Source of the DNA: Camelus ferus
Lineage: Eukaryota
DNA length: 64,000 nucleotides
Reading direction: 5' to 3'
NCBI RefSeq assembly: GCF_009834535.1
Contig: NC_045696.1
Span: forward strand, 106,952,001 to 107,016,000
A program made the translations under genes and the position numbers. Numbering within the stretch: position 1 is the first letter of the stretch; every line of letters begins with the position of its first letter. The notes under the pieces are model-generated. The model was not told where the DNA came from. It was given only the letters and a program-made list of their open reading frames with translations, and made no database searches. Positions 12,370 to 25,428 of the stretch are shown piece by piece.

Positions 12370-12780
12370 GCCCACGAGCTGAAGCTGAGCTTCCTAAGTC
12401 CCCCAACACCCAGGATTAAATCAAATGCATCGAGGTGATCAGCATGGCCTTTGGGCTTGTCACACTTAACAGCATTTCCTCCCTCTCTGTCCTGAGAATT
12501 CGATCTTCCCCATGGAGGCAATCATATGCATTTAACACTGGTATGATAAATTCTTTCTTATTTGGTTTTTAAAATTAAGAGAACTGAGTAAGGCAGCAAT
12601 TCCAGATTGCGTGAGGAAGTGTGATAATGACTGGCCCTGTGCGCTGTGCCTTATTTTCCCCCGCCCCTGACTCCCAGCACAAAGTTCTCTCCATTGAGTG
12701 ACGGGTGAGATAGTGAACATCTAAAATCAGTACAGCTGGGGCAGAAGAAGCGGAAGGAAACAGTCCCATTGGGCAATTTT
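12370..12780. promoter_or_regulatory. Candidate conserved non-coding element
   Basis: Repeat-free block with GGATTA, CTTGTCA, TGATAA (twice), GAGGAAGT and ACAAAG motifs. Confidence 0.25.
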
Positions 12781-13539
12781 TGTTTTCTGGCACTTAAACT
12801 TTTAAGACAATTTTATAATATATAAAAAAAAATTAGATGTATTTGCAGAAGACAAATACAATGTAAAAGAGAACAAAATATTTTAGCACTCCCAGCAGAA
12901 GCCACCAAGGCCTCACCTATAGGACATACTTAAATATTAAACAAGCTAAATCAGGGAAAGCAAATCTGTAATAAATAATTAGCAATATAATCTGAATAAA
13001 TCCCATAGTCCCATGTGGTTTATTCTTTGTACTATATAAACTATTTTAAATTTGACCAGGGTTCTCAAAAAATGTCAAAGGAAGATGAGCAATTTATTTA
13101 AAGCGGAAAATCTTAAAACTTCTTTCCCCAGGACTGCCTTCTTCAGTGTCCTTCACACAGAACATACCTTGTTCTCAAAACTTTCTCTTTCCCATCCTCA
13201 ACATCCAGCTTTCAGAAATGCTTGCTGATGTCATGTGATCAGTGTCTCTCTCTCTCCTCTTCCTAATTACCATTTCTTTCAGCTTATACATTTCCTCTAG
13301 CTGCTCTGGCTTCTTTCATTTAAAAGATTCCTCTGCTTTATTTTTTTACCTGGATCCTGTACCAAAAAAAAACCAAACAAACACAAAAACCTTTCTTTTT
13401 GGAAGCAAAGGCAGAAGGGGAGATTGCAAGAACCAATACAGTCATCATTTTTGTCCCTGTTATACTGTAATATTTTACACCTGCTATAAGAGAAATCAAG
13501 AATAATATGAAATATATTACACTTTTAATAACACCAAAA

Positions 13540-13730
13540 TTAGGCAGTGATTAGGAACATGAGGTTCAGAATCAGAAAAACCTGGATTACGACTCTAGTT
13601 TTGCCAGTTACTCTTTCCCTAGGTGTTGACATCTCCATATGCAAAATAGAGATATGGTGTATTAGGACTGAAGTGGATAATTCATGTAAAATATTCAATA
13701 TAGTTCCTGGAAACTTTTATTATAATTATT
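13540..13730 (+). mobile_element. MIR SINE
   Basis: AGAATCAGAAAAACCTGG..CTCCATATGCAAAATAGAGAT..AGGACTGAAGTGGATAATTCATGTAAA. Confidence 0.6.
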
Positions 13731-14329
13731 GAATAATGTATATTGTGAATATTTTATTATAATTATTCATTCTTATCTTGGGAAAAAAGTCCATGGGGAA
13801 CAGGAACTTAGCCCAGAACAATCCTTCCTATTGGCACAAGACATTTAACAATCCAGGAAACAAGTTACTTTCCATCCTCAGCCTTAGAGAAGTAAATGCT
13901 ATTGTCCCCATATGTCATAAAATATTCCTGCCTTCTCATGTGGTCACATGCTCAGTATAGCTCCCAGCAACTCAATACACATCAATGGACTGATTCATGG
14001 ACGGTTGAAGCAACGGGTATCTCAGGGACACCAGAAGCAGACCAAGTAGCAAAGAGCCTGAAAGTCTGCCTGGTGATGGAATGAAGTGCGTTCGCTTCTT
14101 CAGTCACTCTTAGACCAACTGTATCAACCGACAATTGTCAGAGTGCAAGTAGCCCCCGTAAGTCTCCTTCCGCATCAAATGGCAAAGTAGGTGATTCACT
14201 TGCTCATTCATTCATTGGACTTTTTTGAGCTCTCATCGTGTGCCATGCATTAATTAGGCTGGGTGCAGGACTTACAGAGGAAAAGAGAGAATCCTAAAAT
14301 CAGGTTTTCTTCAGCAGGTCAGAAGTATC

Positions 14330-14480
14330 TAGTGCTCCTCAAACTAGACCATACATACAAATCCCCTGGGGATCTTGTTAAAATGCTAGTTTTGATTCAG
14401 TAGCTCTTGGGGGTGGGAGGAGCCTGGAATTCTACATTTTGAATAAGCTCCTAGGTAATATCCACACTGCTCACCTCTAA
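14330..14480. mobile_element. MER5A-like MITE
   Basis: TAGTGCTCCTCAAACT..AATCCCCTGGGGATCTTGTTAAAATGC..GATTCAGTAG..AATAAGCTCCTAGGT. Confidence 0.7.
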
Positions 14481-14869
14481 GTTCACTACTCAAAGTGTTA
14501 TCCTCAGGCCAGGAGCATGGGTAGGTTGTCCATTTAAGCATGCTGCTGCCTGCTAATCCAGTTGAATCAGCTACCGTCTGTTATTGTGCAAAGATTCCCA
14601 AGCACACGTAGCTGTGTCCATCTGATTATGCAGCCAAATCAGACGGAAGAATGAGAGATGCTTACGTGAAAATGGCCATGACTGTAAGGAGGGAGGAAAC
14701 CAAGGGTATCAGATTTGTTTGACTTTCTGAAAAAACTTCCTGAAAGCTCAGAAATAGCAAATTCCCAATTTTAAATGTGCCCCTGTCACTTCACAGGCTG
14801 GGGAAGGCAAGAGGCGGAGGACAGAGGGAAGAGTGTGGGTACCATACGGTGGCCATCCAGGTGCAAAAC

Positions 14870-15055
14870 CAGACTCCGCCCCTTCTTACCTTGGTCACTC
14901 AGCTCAAATGAGGAAATCTCATGTTTTCATCTCTAAATCTCTAAAATGGGAATGCTTATCAGAGGCGAGCTGTATTTCATAAGATGATTTGCAAAAAACA
15001 CCTAGCATAGTGCCTGCAGGGACCATTCAATGGTATGCATCATTATTTCTCTTAT
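14870..15055 (+). mobile_element. MIR fragment
   Basis: TTTTCATCT..TAAAATGGGAAT..CACCTAGCATAGTGCCTG. Confidence 0.55.
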
Positions 15056-15474
15056 TAATAAAACTGAGGACCAGGATGAATATTCTTTATCAGTGCTTTG
15101 TCAAGGCATACTGGAGAAAGACAAATCTAAATTAAAGCCCATACTCTGACTCATGTTGTTTTCAATCAGACCCCGTAATGCTGTGTGAGCACAGGTGTTT
15201 TGTAGTTTGGTTTCTCTGCTAAGAGGAGAAAAAAAAAAGATGATCAAAAAGAGGAGAGAAAACAATCACTATTTGAAAGGAAATGAAGGGCGACCCCCTC
15301 CTCCCCAGCTCTTTATTTTTTTCTTACTTTGACATCTCAGTGTGTTTTTTTCTTTTAGCTGTGAGTTCTGGGATAGGTGATAACTGCCAGTAATAGGATT
15401 AGCATTGATTTCTTTAGCAAGAACAGAGATGTGGCAGGTCCAGCCATTTCCTGAACTGCCAGCTTTGAAATATC

Positions 15475-15540
15475 AAAAAAAAAAAAAAAAAAAAGAGAGA
15501 GAAGAAGAAAAAAGAAAAGAAAGAAATGAAAAGAAAGAAA
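15475..15540 (+). repeat. Poly(A)/GA-rich purine tract
   Basis: A run followed by GAGAGAGAAGAAGAAAAAAGAAAAGAAAG. Confidence 0.85.
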
Positions 15541-16499
15541 TCTGTAGGGGGGGAAGCTACAGCTTTTAGAGGAAAGGAAGCATGTGTGAACCCGACCACG
15601 CATGCCTGCGTGTGGGCAGACGGACACACGTGTGCACCGCAAGGGGTACAGGGACACCCGGATGCGTGTAGTTCATGCCAATGTTTTGTTGTTCTGTGAT
15701 AAAGGATCAAAAGCACTGTTTCTGTTCTGCTTCAAAAAAAGGTTTTAACATTCATTTGGCTTTCTTTTTCTTTCACTTGTGAACACATTGACCAGCTGAT
15801 CTTTCATAGTTATCCTTGAATTCTGACTCTCGTAACCTTGAAATTCAAACAAAGGAAAGAAATGTCTCAGAGAAAGACTGGGCCCTGCCAGACTCACACC
15901 CCTCAGCTTTCCATTTCTCTGAGACTACGTCCACAGGAGACCAAAATTCAGGGTCAAGTTCTCCAAATCTCAACCCAAGTGTCTCCTTAAAAGCAGCTGG
16001 TGAACCTCCTGCAGGGGGAGACTCAAGTCATCACATCCCAGCCAGGGAGTTGGGGGTCTGCCCTCTTTCCCAAATGTGCCAAACACAAACCCAGGCAGTG
16101 GGGTGAGGCACTGTCCACCAGGTTCTGGTGCTAAAACCAAAGAGGAAGAAACGTGGGGCATACGGTGGGCTTCATCCATGCACTTTGAGCTGCTTTGAAA
16201 GTAAAACTAGTGTAAAGTAGGATATGAGGTCAAGATATCCGGTCAATTATGTAAGTCAGATTTAAGGCTCAACAATTTAGAAATGGAGAATTTTCTAGAA
16301 GAAAGAAGCAAAGGAGGGGGTAGTGAGAGGTGGTTCTCTTTGATGTCTCTTTGGGTTGGATATATTCAAATCAAATTAGGTGATTTGGAAAAAAAATCAT
16401 TTTAAGGAGAAAACCCGTTAAACCAATTGATCAAGGCAATTTACTTGGCAAATTATTTGATCAGTGATGATAACATTTATGATGATTATCATTATCAGT

Positions 16500-16710
16500 G
16501 ACTATTAATTGACTAGGAACTGCATACCAGGAACTGTACAAAGTCTTCCGTATGCATTCTTTGTGAAAGAAGCTACATCGTACAGATCAGGAAACTTAAG
16601 CTCAGATAAGTTGTGACTTTCCCAACATCACACAGCAATGAAGTAATAAAGCATGCATTTAGTCCCAAATCCAAATGATTCCAATGTCTAGTGTCTCTTT
16701 AATCACACTG
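16500..16710 (-). mobile_element. MIR SINE
   Basis: ACAGATCAGGAAACTTAAGCTCAGATAAGTTGTGACTTTCCCAACATCACACAGC. Confidence 0.7.
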
Positions 16711-16799
16711 TTGACTCAGTGTAGTTGAGTTACCACCTTTCCTTTAAGGGTGTTACATTTTCATTTGCTGAGACACCATCTAATGAGAGTTATTCCTCC

Positions 16800-17040
16800 A
16801 TATTCATTTATTCACTCATTAACCATCCAGTCAGCATTGTTTGGGCACCTGCTGTATGTCATCAATGGAGTTAGGACACTGAATTCAAGGATAAAGCAGT
16901 TAAGTTTCCCGACACAAAGTGCTCAGAGCCATGCGGAGCAGACTGACCCAAGGATAGCACAGAGGAGACAAGAACTTGGACAGTACCTTCACAAAGATAG
17001 GGTTCTACTTGAACTTGGAGGTTGAGTTGGAATTCATAGA
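16800..17040 (-). mobile_element. L2 3' end
   Basis: ATTCATTTATTCACTCATT..GGGCACCTGCTGTATGTC. Confidence 0.55.
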
Positions 17041-17107
17041 ATATACACATTATATTAAGTAATTTCTTAGCTGGCTCTAATCAGCAGCTTCAAAACTCCC
17101 AAAGACA

Positions 17108-17204
17108 GGGGGACTGGGTATAGCTCGGTGGTGGAGCACATGCTAAGAATGTGTGAGGTCCTGGGTTCAATCTCCAGTACCTCCATAAAAAAAGAAAAGG
17201 AAAA
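17108..17204 (+). mobile_element. tRNA-derived SINE (camelid Vic-1 type) with TSD
   Basis: A box TAGCTCGGTGG, B box GGTTCAATC, CAGTACCTCCA plus A tail; TSD AAAACTCCCAAAGACA (17092-17107) / AAACCTCCCAGAGACA (17205-17220). Confidence 0.9.
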
Positions 17205-17359
17205 AAACCTCCCAGAGACAAAAAATGCTGTTGAACCATGTATACACAACACCTTAGTGACAAGTTGAAAAAATCAAATATTAACTTAAGAATGGAAAAT
17301 TAATACAGGTCAATATATAAATGTTTACAAATGTGTCTATATAAATATATTACATGAAC

Positions 17360-18150
17360 ATTTAAATCATTCATAATCCTACCACTCAGAGTTATCCAGG
17401 GTTAACGTATTGGAATTCATTTCTTTCAAGTATATTTCTAGACAGTTAAAGATTTAGTTCACAGAATTAGATCTGCAGTATGTGTACTGCATTTTAATGT
17501 TTGTACCCACATGTCTGTCCTTACAGTGAATATTTAGCACTTTCTTATGTGATTAAGTAATCTCCGACAGTATAACTTCTAATGGTTCCCTAGCAGCCAC
17601 TGTCTGCATGCCCCATTCCATCTCTGCTCTATAGAACATTTAGGTTCTTTTTTGTGTGTTGTTGTTTATATTGTGAATTATACTGCAACAAATAACCTTG
17701 TATATAGATTTTTGTGTGCATCTGTAATTATTTCCTAAAGATAAATTCCCAAGGGTATTATTATCTCATCAAAAGTTCACAACCATTTTAAAGTTTCTGG
17801 TGTGTATTTCTAAACATATATTCAGAAATATGGAATCAATTTGCTCTCCCAAAAGCAGTGTGTAAGGGTGCCCATCTTCTGCATTCTCGCCAATATTGGA
17901 TATTTCCATTTCAACCACTTTAAAAGTATTTCCCAATTGAATAGGCAGAAAATTGTATCTTGTTTTTATTTGCTTATCACTGAATACTGATGGGGTTAGA
18001 CATTTTTCATACATTTACTATCCACTTCTATTTCTCCTTTTGTCATTTATTCATGTCCTTTGTCCATATTTCAGTTACTATCTTTTCCTTATTGATTGGT
18101 AGGTGTTCCTTATAGATTAAAGCTATTAACCCTTTGTTTGTCAGAGGTGC
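17360..18150 (-). mobile_element. Ancient L1 (L1ME-like) ORF2 end and 3' UTR
   Basis: Minus ORF 17769-18014 MYEKCLTPSVFSDKQIKTRYNFLPIQ resembles L1 ORF2 C-terminal [22 protein letters not shown]. Confidence 0.75.
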
Positions 18151-18865
18151 TGACACAGCCTTAAACACTAGTTCAAATACAAGATATTTTCCATTCTCTA
18201 AAGTTCAACTCCGATTTCCCCAAACCTAAATAAGCCAGCCACACTCTGTGCCCCGGCTCCCAAGCACACAAAGCCTATTTCCTCTGGGCTCTCGGAGCCT
18301 GTACCAAAATCTCTGGACCATATAATGATTTGCATCTTCATTTGCTAATTTGTTTCCTTTGTGGGAAGCTACCCCCATCCTACCCCTCCGAAACTGCTTG
18401 GAAATTTCATTGACGATAATCCACAATCTAAATCTTCTCTATTTCCACAGTTTACCAAACAGCCAATTATTTCTCTTGTCTTTACACTGATCCCTCTCTA
18501 GTCTAGTACCAGAGACCGTGCTTTCCAAACTTAGCGTGGGACTTGGCTCTGATTTTTGCCTAATCTTCCATTTTAAAGTAGGGTCTTTTAAGAATGGCAT
18601 CGAGGCCATAAAAATGTAAGTGTGGCCAATATGAATGGAGCCTGACACTTACTTCTTCATTAGTATAAACTGGACCACCTGTGACTGCTCAGAAACAATA
18701 CCATAGAGATTTTTCTCTTGCAGAGAAGAAAGAGACACAAAGATGAGTGGCAATGCATCCTGGAGATGGTGATGTGTCGTGGACGCTCCCTGATCCCCCT
18801 GTTCGGAAGGTAAATAGAAGAAAAGGGAGAAGAGTCTATTTCATTCTAGTCCAATCACTCTGGAT

Positions 18866-19016
18866 TATGGTTGTCAAATAAAATACAGGTCATCCTGTTC
18901 AATTTGAATTTCAGATAAACAAATGACTAATTTTAAATAGAGGTAAGTCTTATACTTCTAAAATGCAAATTGAAGTGGGTGAAAGATATTTAGATTTGCT
19001 AAATCTGGCAGCCCTA
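18866..19016. mobile_element. MER53-like palindromic hAT MITE with 8-bp TSD
   Basis: Termini TATGGTTGTCA...TGGCAGCCCTA, internal AATTTGAATTTCAGATAAAC; flanks CTCTGGAT (18858-18865) / CCCTGGAT (19017-19024). Confidence 0.8.
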
Positions 19017-19099
19017 CCCTGGATAAAAACCCTGGGCACTAGGAATTTTAACAAAAGATTGAAGAAGAGAATTTGACTGAAGGGTAAGTAGAGACAAAG

Positions 19100-22000
19100 G
19101 CCATTTGGAATTTGTGTATCATATTTATTGGCAACTCTAGATTTGAAACCCTCTCCACTTATTAAAGGAGGAAAATGAATAATAAAAAAGAAACAAAAGC
19201 AGCATGCTGAAGATCCAAAGTAAGAGAAGACTATGAAAATGATTTCCTGTAGGACCTAGAATACATTCCTAGAAAATTGTTCAGCATTCTTAATTGGATA
19301 CAAGAAGATTGAACATCTATAGAACAGGAACAGAAACCCATGAGGTATAAGTGAATCAGGAAGAGATCAAAAGGGAGATAGGTGAGGTGAGGAATTATTG
19401 AAAAGAGACCAAAAATTAATTAATAGCATTAAATCTCCTTTGATGCAATAAAAAGTAGAATTACTTTTAAAGTAAGAAATCCTTCATGTAGAAGAAAAAC
19501 TTATGAGGCGATTTTAGAATGTAGAAGAAGACCAAAAAAAAAAAAAAAAAAAAAAAAAAGAAGAAGAAAGAAAGAAAGAAAAAAATGAAGGACCAGATAG
19601 TACAAAAAAATAGAGTGGAAGGTTCTGGTTCAGGGTAAGGTGAACTAAGCACACTCTATCTTGCTTTCTCACTGAATGCAGCTTTAAAACCTGGACAGAA
19701 AACTCTGAAAACTAAATAGTAGTGTGCAAACCAGAATTCAAAGTATCACTGAAGCTGTGGTATCCCACCCACATCCCCCAACCTGATCTCAGTGCAGCCC
19801 AAACCCAGAAGCTGGTGGCCAGGTACAGAGAATGTTCCAGGAGTGGCTTGCTAGTTCTGGCTCCAGAAGTAGCAAACAGAACTCCCAATGCTCAAATAGA
19901 GTGTGGAAATCTCCATCTTCTTTTTCTTTGCTCCATTCTTGAGCCTCCAAGCAAGCCCACAGTGGTAGCAGCAACAGAAGCCTTCAGGTGGCAAATCTGT
20001 GAGGGGAGGGTAACTTTATTCTCTACCAATAGAGCTGTGTACCCAAGAGGATGCAGCAAACTTCCCATCTCTCCTCTTTTCTCTCTCTCTCTCTCCGTCT
20101 CTTCTTCCTGCCCTTGTCACTTAACTTTTGGACACAGGAACATGAGCAGAGGCAGGCAGCAGGCAGAGTAATTAAAGCTCCAGCTTTCTGGATGGGAGAT
20201 TGTAAAGGGGAGCCCCAGAAAACAAAAAAGGACCAGGAAGATGGCAAAGAGGGAGGAGCATGGGAAATAAATGCATAAAGTTGTTTACAAGCTCCTGAGT
20301 GCATTTAACCATGGGTGGATCAAATCTTAAAATTATTTGGTAAGCCAAATAAGCTGAGAACCAGACAAAGGGACCGTCACCTGGCTTCCAGATTGGCCAC
20401 CTGGTGGCATACATGTGGGCCAGATCCAAACAGTACTGCTAAGGCTCTAAAAATTTAACAGATATTAGAATCACAGCCCACAGAAGATAAATTGAAACTA
20501 GCAGCCTGCACCTAACCAGGTCAATTTCCTGCTAAAACAAAAATATCAACATTCTCCATAGGATTAAACAAGACTTGGAGTCTCATAATAATCAAAGTAT
20601 TTGGGATACAATGCAAAATTACTCAGCATATGCTAAACAAGGAAAATATCAGTTCTCATAAGAAAAGACAACAAAAGACACCAACATCAAAATGGTATAG
20701 ATGTTAGAATTATCTGATGAAGTCCTTAAGACAGCTTTTTTCCTCTAATGCTCAAAAAAAAAAATCATGAACAGTCTTAAAACAAATGGAAAAAGAGAAA
20801 GTGTCAGCAAAGAAACATAAGATATCAAGAAAAGCCAAATAAAAATTCTATAATTTAAAAACAATATAACTGAAATGTACAACTGAATGGATAGGCTCAA
20901 TAGCAGAATGGAGATGACAGAGAAAATGATCATGAAACTTGAAGATAGCTCCATAGAAATTATCCAATCAGGAAAACAGAGGAAAAAAGACTGGAGAAAA
21001 GGAAGACCCTCAGCACCAGCGGGACAATAACAAAAGCTCTAATATTCACGTCATCCAGGTCCCAGTAGGAGAGGAAAAAGATGACAGTGCTGATGAAGGA
21101 ATCAAAGACCAAACTAAATGGAGAGTCATAACATGTTCATGGATTAGAAGAGTCAAATAATAAAGATACCAGTGCTTCCCCAAATTGATTGATGGGTTTA
21201 ACATAACTCCAGTCAGAATCTCAGTTACAGTCTGTGTAGAGATAGACAAACAGATTCTAAAATGTATATAGAAAGGCAAAGGAATTAGCAGAGCCAAAAC
21301 AATTTTTTAAAGAATAATAAATTTGGAGTACTCACAATAGCCAATTTGAAGATTTGCTACAAAGCTACAGAACTCAAGATAATACATACTGGCAATGGTA
21401 TAGACACACAGATCAATGGAACATAGTGAAGAGTCCAGAAATACGCCCAGACAAATATGGTTAATTGCTCTGATCCCAGCTAACAAATTTTAAAAACAAG
21501 ACCCAAAAGGATCAAGCTGTTTCCATGTAACTTAACTGAATCCCAGAACAAAGTTCAAGAACCCAGCACCCAACAAGGAAAAACACGTCTGTCATCAGAT
21601 CAAAAATTAGCCTGCATGTAAAGAAGCAGGGAAACACAAGCCAGATGAGAAATGTCAATCAACCTACACTAGTTCAGATCAGTCACAGATACCAGAATTA
21701 GCAACAGAAATTAACCCAAATGAATAAAGAGAAAAAATAATAACAGTAACAGCAATACAAAGAATTATAACAGGCAGCCGTGTTCTGAATAACAAATTCA
21801 AGAGTCTATTTATACATGTCACTGGAGTCCCTAAAGGGGAGGGAGACGAGGGGAAAATGTTTAAATATAGATAAAATGCCCCCCAAATTTCCAGATTCAA
21901 TGAAAAACATAATCCCACAGATCCAAAAGCTCAATGAGTCCAAGCACAAGAAACATGAGGAAAAGTACACCTCACAATCAAATTGCTAATAATCAGTAAG

Positions 22001-23160
22001 AAAGAGAAACCACATAAACAGCCCTAGGACAAAAGACCTGTACAGAGGAATATAGACAAAGATCACAGCGGTTTCTTTTTGGAAACAATAAGGCAAGAAG
22101 ATAATGGATCAATCTTGAATGTACTAAAGAAAAATTTAGGACAAATTAGGAGTTTGGGATTAGCAGACACACACTACTATATTTACATACAGTATAAACA
22201 GCAAAGATCTACTGTAAAGCACAGGAAACTATAGTCAATATCTTGTAATGACTTATAATGGAAAAGAATCTGAAGAAATATATATATGTGTGTGTGTGTG
22301 TATATATATATATCTGAATCACTTTGCTGTACACCTGAAACTAACACAACATTGTAAATCAACTATACTTCAATTTTTTTAAAAAATCATAAAAAAGAAA
22401 AAAAATCAACCTAGAATTCTGTACTCAGCCAAAATATCTTTCAGAAGTAAAGTGTATTGGAAAGAGGAAGGGGGGAAATTTTGATTTTTTGAGAAAAAGC
22501 TGAAAGAATTGATTACCAACAGATCTGCATCACCAAAAAAAAAATATATATATATATATAATATATATATATATTCTTTATACAGGAAAAAAATGATAGC
22601 AGATGGAAATATGGATCTACACAAAGAAATAAAGAGCTTGTGTCCATTCAAATATTTGTATATAAATGTTCACAGTGGCTTTATTTGTAATAGCTAAAAA
22701 CTAGAAGCAACCCAGATGTCTACTGACAGGTGAATGGCTGAACACATTCTAATATATCCATACAATGAAATACTACTCAGTAATAAAATGAAATGAAATG
22801 GTAATACAGGAAACAACATTGAAAAATCTTACTAAGAGAAAGAAGCAAGACAATAAAAGAGTAAACACTCTGTGACTACATTTATATAAAATTCTATATA
22901 ATACAATTAATCTAGAGGGCCAGAAAGAAGATCAGGGATTTACTGGAGATGGGAGGGGTGAGATGGAGAGGAGTGAAATGTAGGAATTACAAAGAGGCAG
23001 GAAAAAAACCTATGGGAGCAATGGATCTATTCATTATTTTAATTGTGGTGATGGTTTTATGGGCATATACATATGTCTAACTTACCAAATTATAAACTTT
23101 AAATATGTGCAGTTTATTGCACATAAGTTAAACCTCCATAAAGCTATTTTTAAATTGAAA
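19100..23160 (+). mobile_element. Stack of ancient L1 fragments (5' UTR/ORF1, ORF2 and L1MC/MD-like 3' end)
   Basis: ORF1-like A-rich coiled-coil region 20700-21100 (GGATAGGCTCAATAGCAGAATGGAG), ORF2 piece 21100-21470 (CATGTTCATGGATTAGAAGA), 3' end 22650-23155 (TGGTGATGGTTTTATGGGCATATACATATGTC). Confidence 0.75.
22139..22386 (+). mobile_element. Younger L1 3' UTR fragment nested in older L1, containing (TA)/(TG) microsatellite
   Basis: GGAGTTTGGGATTAGCAGA...GCACAGGAAACTATAGTCAATATCTTGTAA...CTATACTTCAAT. Confidence 0.85.
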
Positions 23161-23365
23161 AAGATCTGATATTTCCCACCATGGTGGTTTCTCAGTTTTT
23201 CACAGTTAGGAAAAGATGTCATTGAGAAAATCAAAATTGGCATTCAAGATGTAGACATACCATCATGCAAGGTCCCTGACAAATGACTATCCCAAGGAGC
23301 CCAGCTTAACGTATGTAGTACTCATTTTAATGTAGTACTCTTTGTTTTTTCCCAAGCCGTTAGTT

Positions 23366-23403
23366 GAAATAGGTCACCAGATAAGAAATAGGTCACCAGA
23401 TAA
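23366..23403 (+). repeat. Perfect 19-bp tandem duplication
   Basis: GAAATAGGTCACCAGATAA x2. Confidence 0.95.
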
Positions 23404-23439
23404 AGTTTACATAGTTCGTGATTAGTGTATTATTAAACT

Positions 23440-23570
23440 TGTTCTACCTATCTAGAAACAGAGGCTTGGAGAGGTTGAGTTGGCAAGTTAGCCCACGATC
23501 ACATAAAGGATAGAGTCAAGCTCTCATGCCAGCCTCCTGACTCTAGAACACACAGCAAGTATCTGACTGT
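23440..23570 (-). mobile_element. MIR fragment
   Basis: AGAAACAGAGGCTTGGAGAGGTTGAGT. Confidence 0.6.
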
Positions 23571-23739
23571 ACTCTTTGTCCATGACCTGGAATGGCAAGG
23601 TCACACCTACGGCTACATCTTTCCGTGCACTCACTGAAGTTTTATGGTTCCAATATTTATAGAGGAACAGTTAATACACTACTTCTTACATCGTTTTTTC
23701 TCTTATTTGGAGACTTGCCTATTTTCCAACAATTTTCCT

Positions 23740-23910
23740 AGAAATCATCCCTTATTTGCTCCTCCCCTTCGTGTCCTAATTCCAATCCATTAGCAGACCC
23801 TGTTGGCTCCACTTCCACAAGGTACCCCAAGTCGATTCGCTTTACTCTGTCCCCACGATACCAGCGCAGTTCAAGCACCGTCATCTCTAGCCTGATGACT
23901 GCCTGTTGTC
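23740..23910 (+). mobile_element. L2 fragment
   Basis: TCCAATCCATTAGCAGACCCTGTTGGCTCCACTTCC..CACCGTCATCTCTAGCCTG. Confidence 0.65.
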
Positions 23911-24529
23911 TGTGATATGGGTTGCACATTTTCCCTTAATTTGCCATTTGTCCTTACATGTGTTTATGTTTTGAGGGGTTTTTTTCTTTTCATATACAAC
24001 TATTTTATTTTTATGTACTCAAATTTATTAGTCTCTTCATTTATAGCTCTGGACTTTGAGTTGTATTTGGAAAGATCTTCCCTGACTGTTGATTTTGAAT
24101 AAACAAACTTGCGAGCCTGAGCAGGACCTAGAAAAGGCATTGCATCTGTGCCACCACTCCCAGCACATGCTGCGAGTCATCCCCAAACTTGGAAGCTTCT
24201 GTAGAGTTTATAGTCTAAGACTTCTTAACACACAGAGCTGCTCCAAAGGAATACACCTACTTGCCAATCTCTCGACCTTCAAGCTAGACTTTGGGAATCA
24301 ACACTCAAATCCAACAGAACCTTGTAGAGTATGATTCTTTGTATAAAGATGGTCAACTCAGGCTGCCACAAATCTTTGACTCTTATAAGTACTTCTAAAT
24401 ACCTGAGTGCAGAGGCATTTGTCAACCATGAAGAAAAAAACCCCACTAATATTAAATACATCAATTAAAATTTTTCTGAAATCATGAACAAAATAATTAA
24501 TAGCTAATTCTTTAGAGAAAAGGCAACAT

Positions 24530-24885
24530 TGTACCTTAATTCAAACAAACTGTTAAAAAAATGAGATAATTGGGTAAATGTGAATATATATATATTTGAT
24601 AATATTAAGGAATTTTTGTTAATTTAGTTTCAGGGTGATAGTGGTAATATGGGTATATTTTCTTTTTAAATATCCTTAACTGTTGGAGACATACACTAAA
24701 ATATTTATGGATAAAATGATATAATGTCTAGGATTGCTTTAAAATATCTGGAGGTATTTTTTATGATATGGTTGTACATGAAACAATATTGGCCATGAGG
24801 TAATATTTATTGAAGATAGGTGATGGGTTCTTAGGGATTTATTATATAATTGTACTTTTGGATATGTTTGAAACTTTCCGTAATA
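24530..24885 (+). mobile_element. Old L1 (L1MC/ME-like) 3' UTR
   Basis: GATAATATTAAGGAATT..GATAAAATGATATAATGTCTAGGATTGCTTTAAAAT..GGTGATGGGT. Confidence 0.65.
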
Positions 24886-24959
24886 TATTTCAGGGACAAT
24901 ATGCTAAATATATAAATTAACTCCTTTTGAAATAAAGTTTGTGAGTGCATCCATGAGGC

Positions 24960-25428
24960 CTCACTGGGGGCTAATGGACTCAACACCTTTTCCCAAGCCT
25001 TTCTCCCTTGACTCTTCATAGAGGCTGGAACACGTGAACACTCGTTTTCCCAGTATTCTTTGCAGCTTTGCCTTGAGTCATAACCTTGAACAATGAAATG
25101 AAGCTGAAGTCTGCTGAGATTTCTCAGAAAAATTATGCTCATTTAGATAAAAGTAGACAGCATGGCTGGCTTCCAGCTCTCTTTTCCCATCTTTGAATGG
25201 GACCTGGGTTCTGACTGTGAAGCCACATTGCAACCACCAGAGCCAAATTGAAATATAAAAACCAAGCCTGCTTCCACTGAGAGTAGAACCAAAACCTTCA
25301 GCCACTTACCTCCAGACATAAGACATCTATGTATATTAAATGTAAATATATATCTTAAAATCCCATTGATTGAAATCGCTGTCATGTTTTTCTGTGACTT
25401 GCAACTACACACCTTCCTAAGTGATCCA
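24960..25428 (+). mobile_element. ERVL-class LTR (LTR33/LTR16-like)
   Basis: TTTCCCAG..TTTGCAGCT..CAATGAAATGAAGCTGAAGTCTGCTG..CCACTTACCTCCAGAC..TTTTCTGTGACTTGCA..TTCCTAAGTGATCCA. Confidence 0.55.

Noticed and set aside
14618..14646. Imperfect 10-bp hairpin CCATCTGATT / AATCAGACGG
   Set aside because: A short AT-containing stem like this is within chance expectation for 64 kb
15340..15366. Pyrimidine tract followed by TAG-CT-GTGAGT (possible 2-nt microexon)
   Set aside because: Too short and unsupported; not the canonical AG-GT recursive motif
23366..23403. Short direct repeats considered as a CRISPR-like array
   Set aside because: Two adjacent copies with no spacers, in mammalian DNA; no CRISPR array or prokaryotic system anywhere in the window
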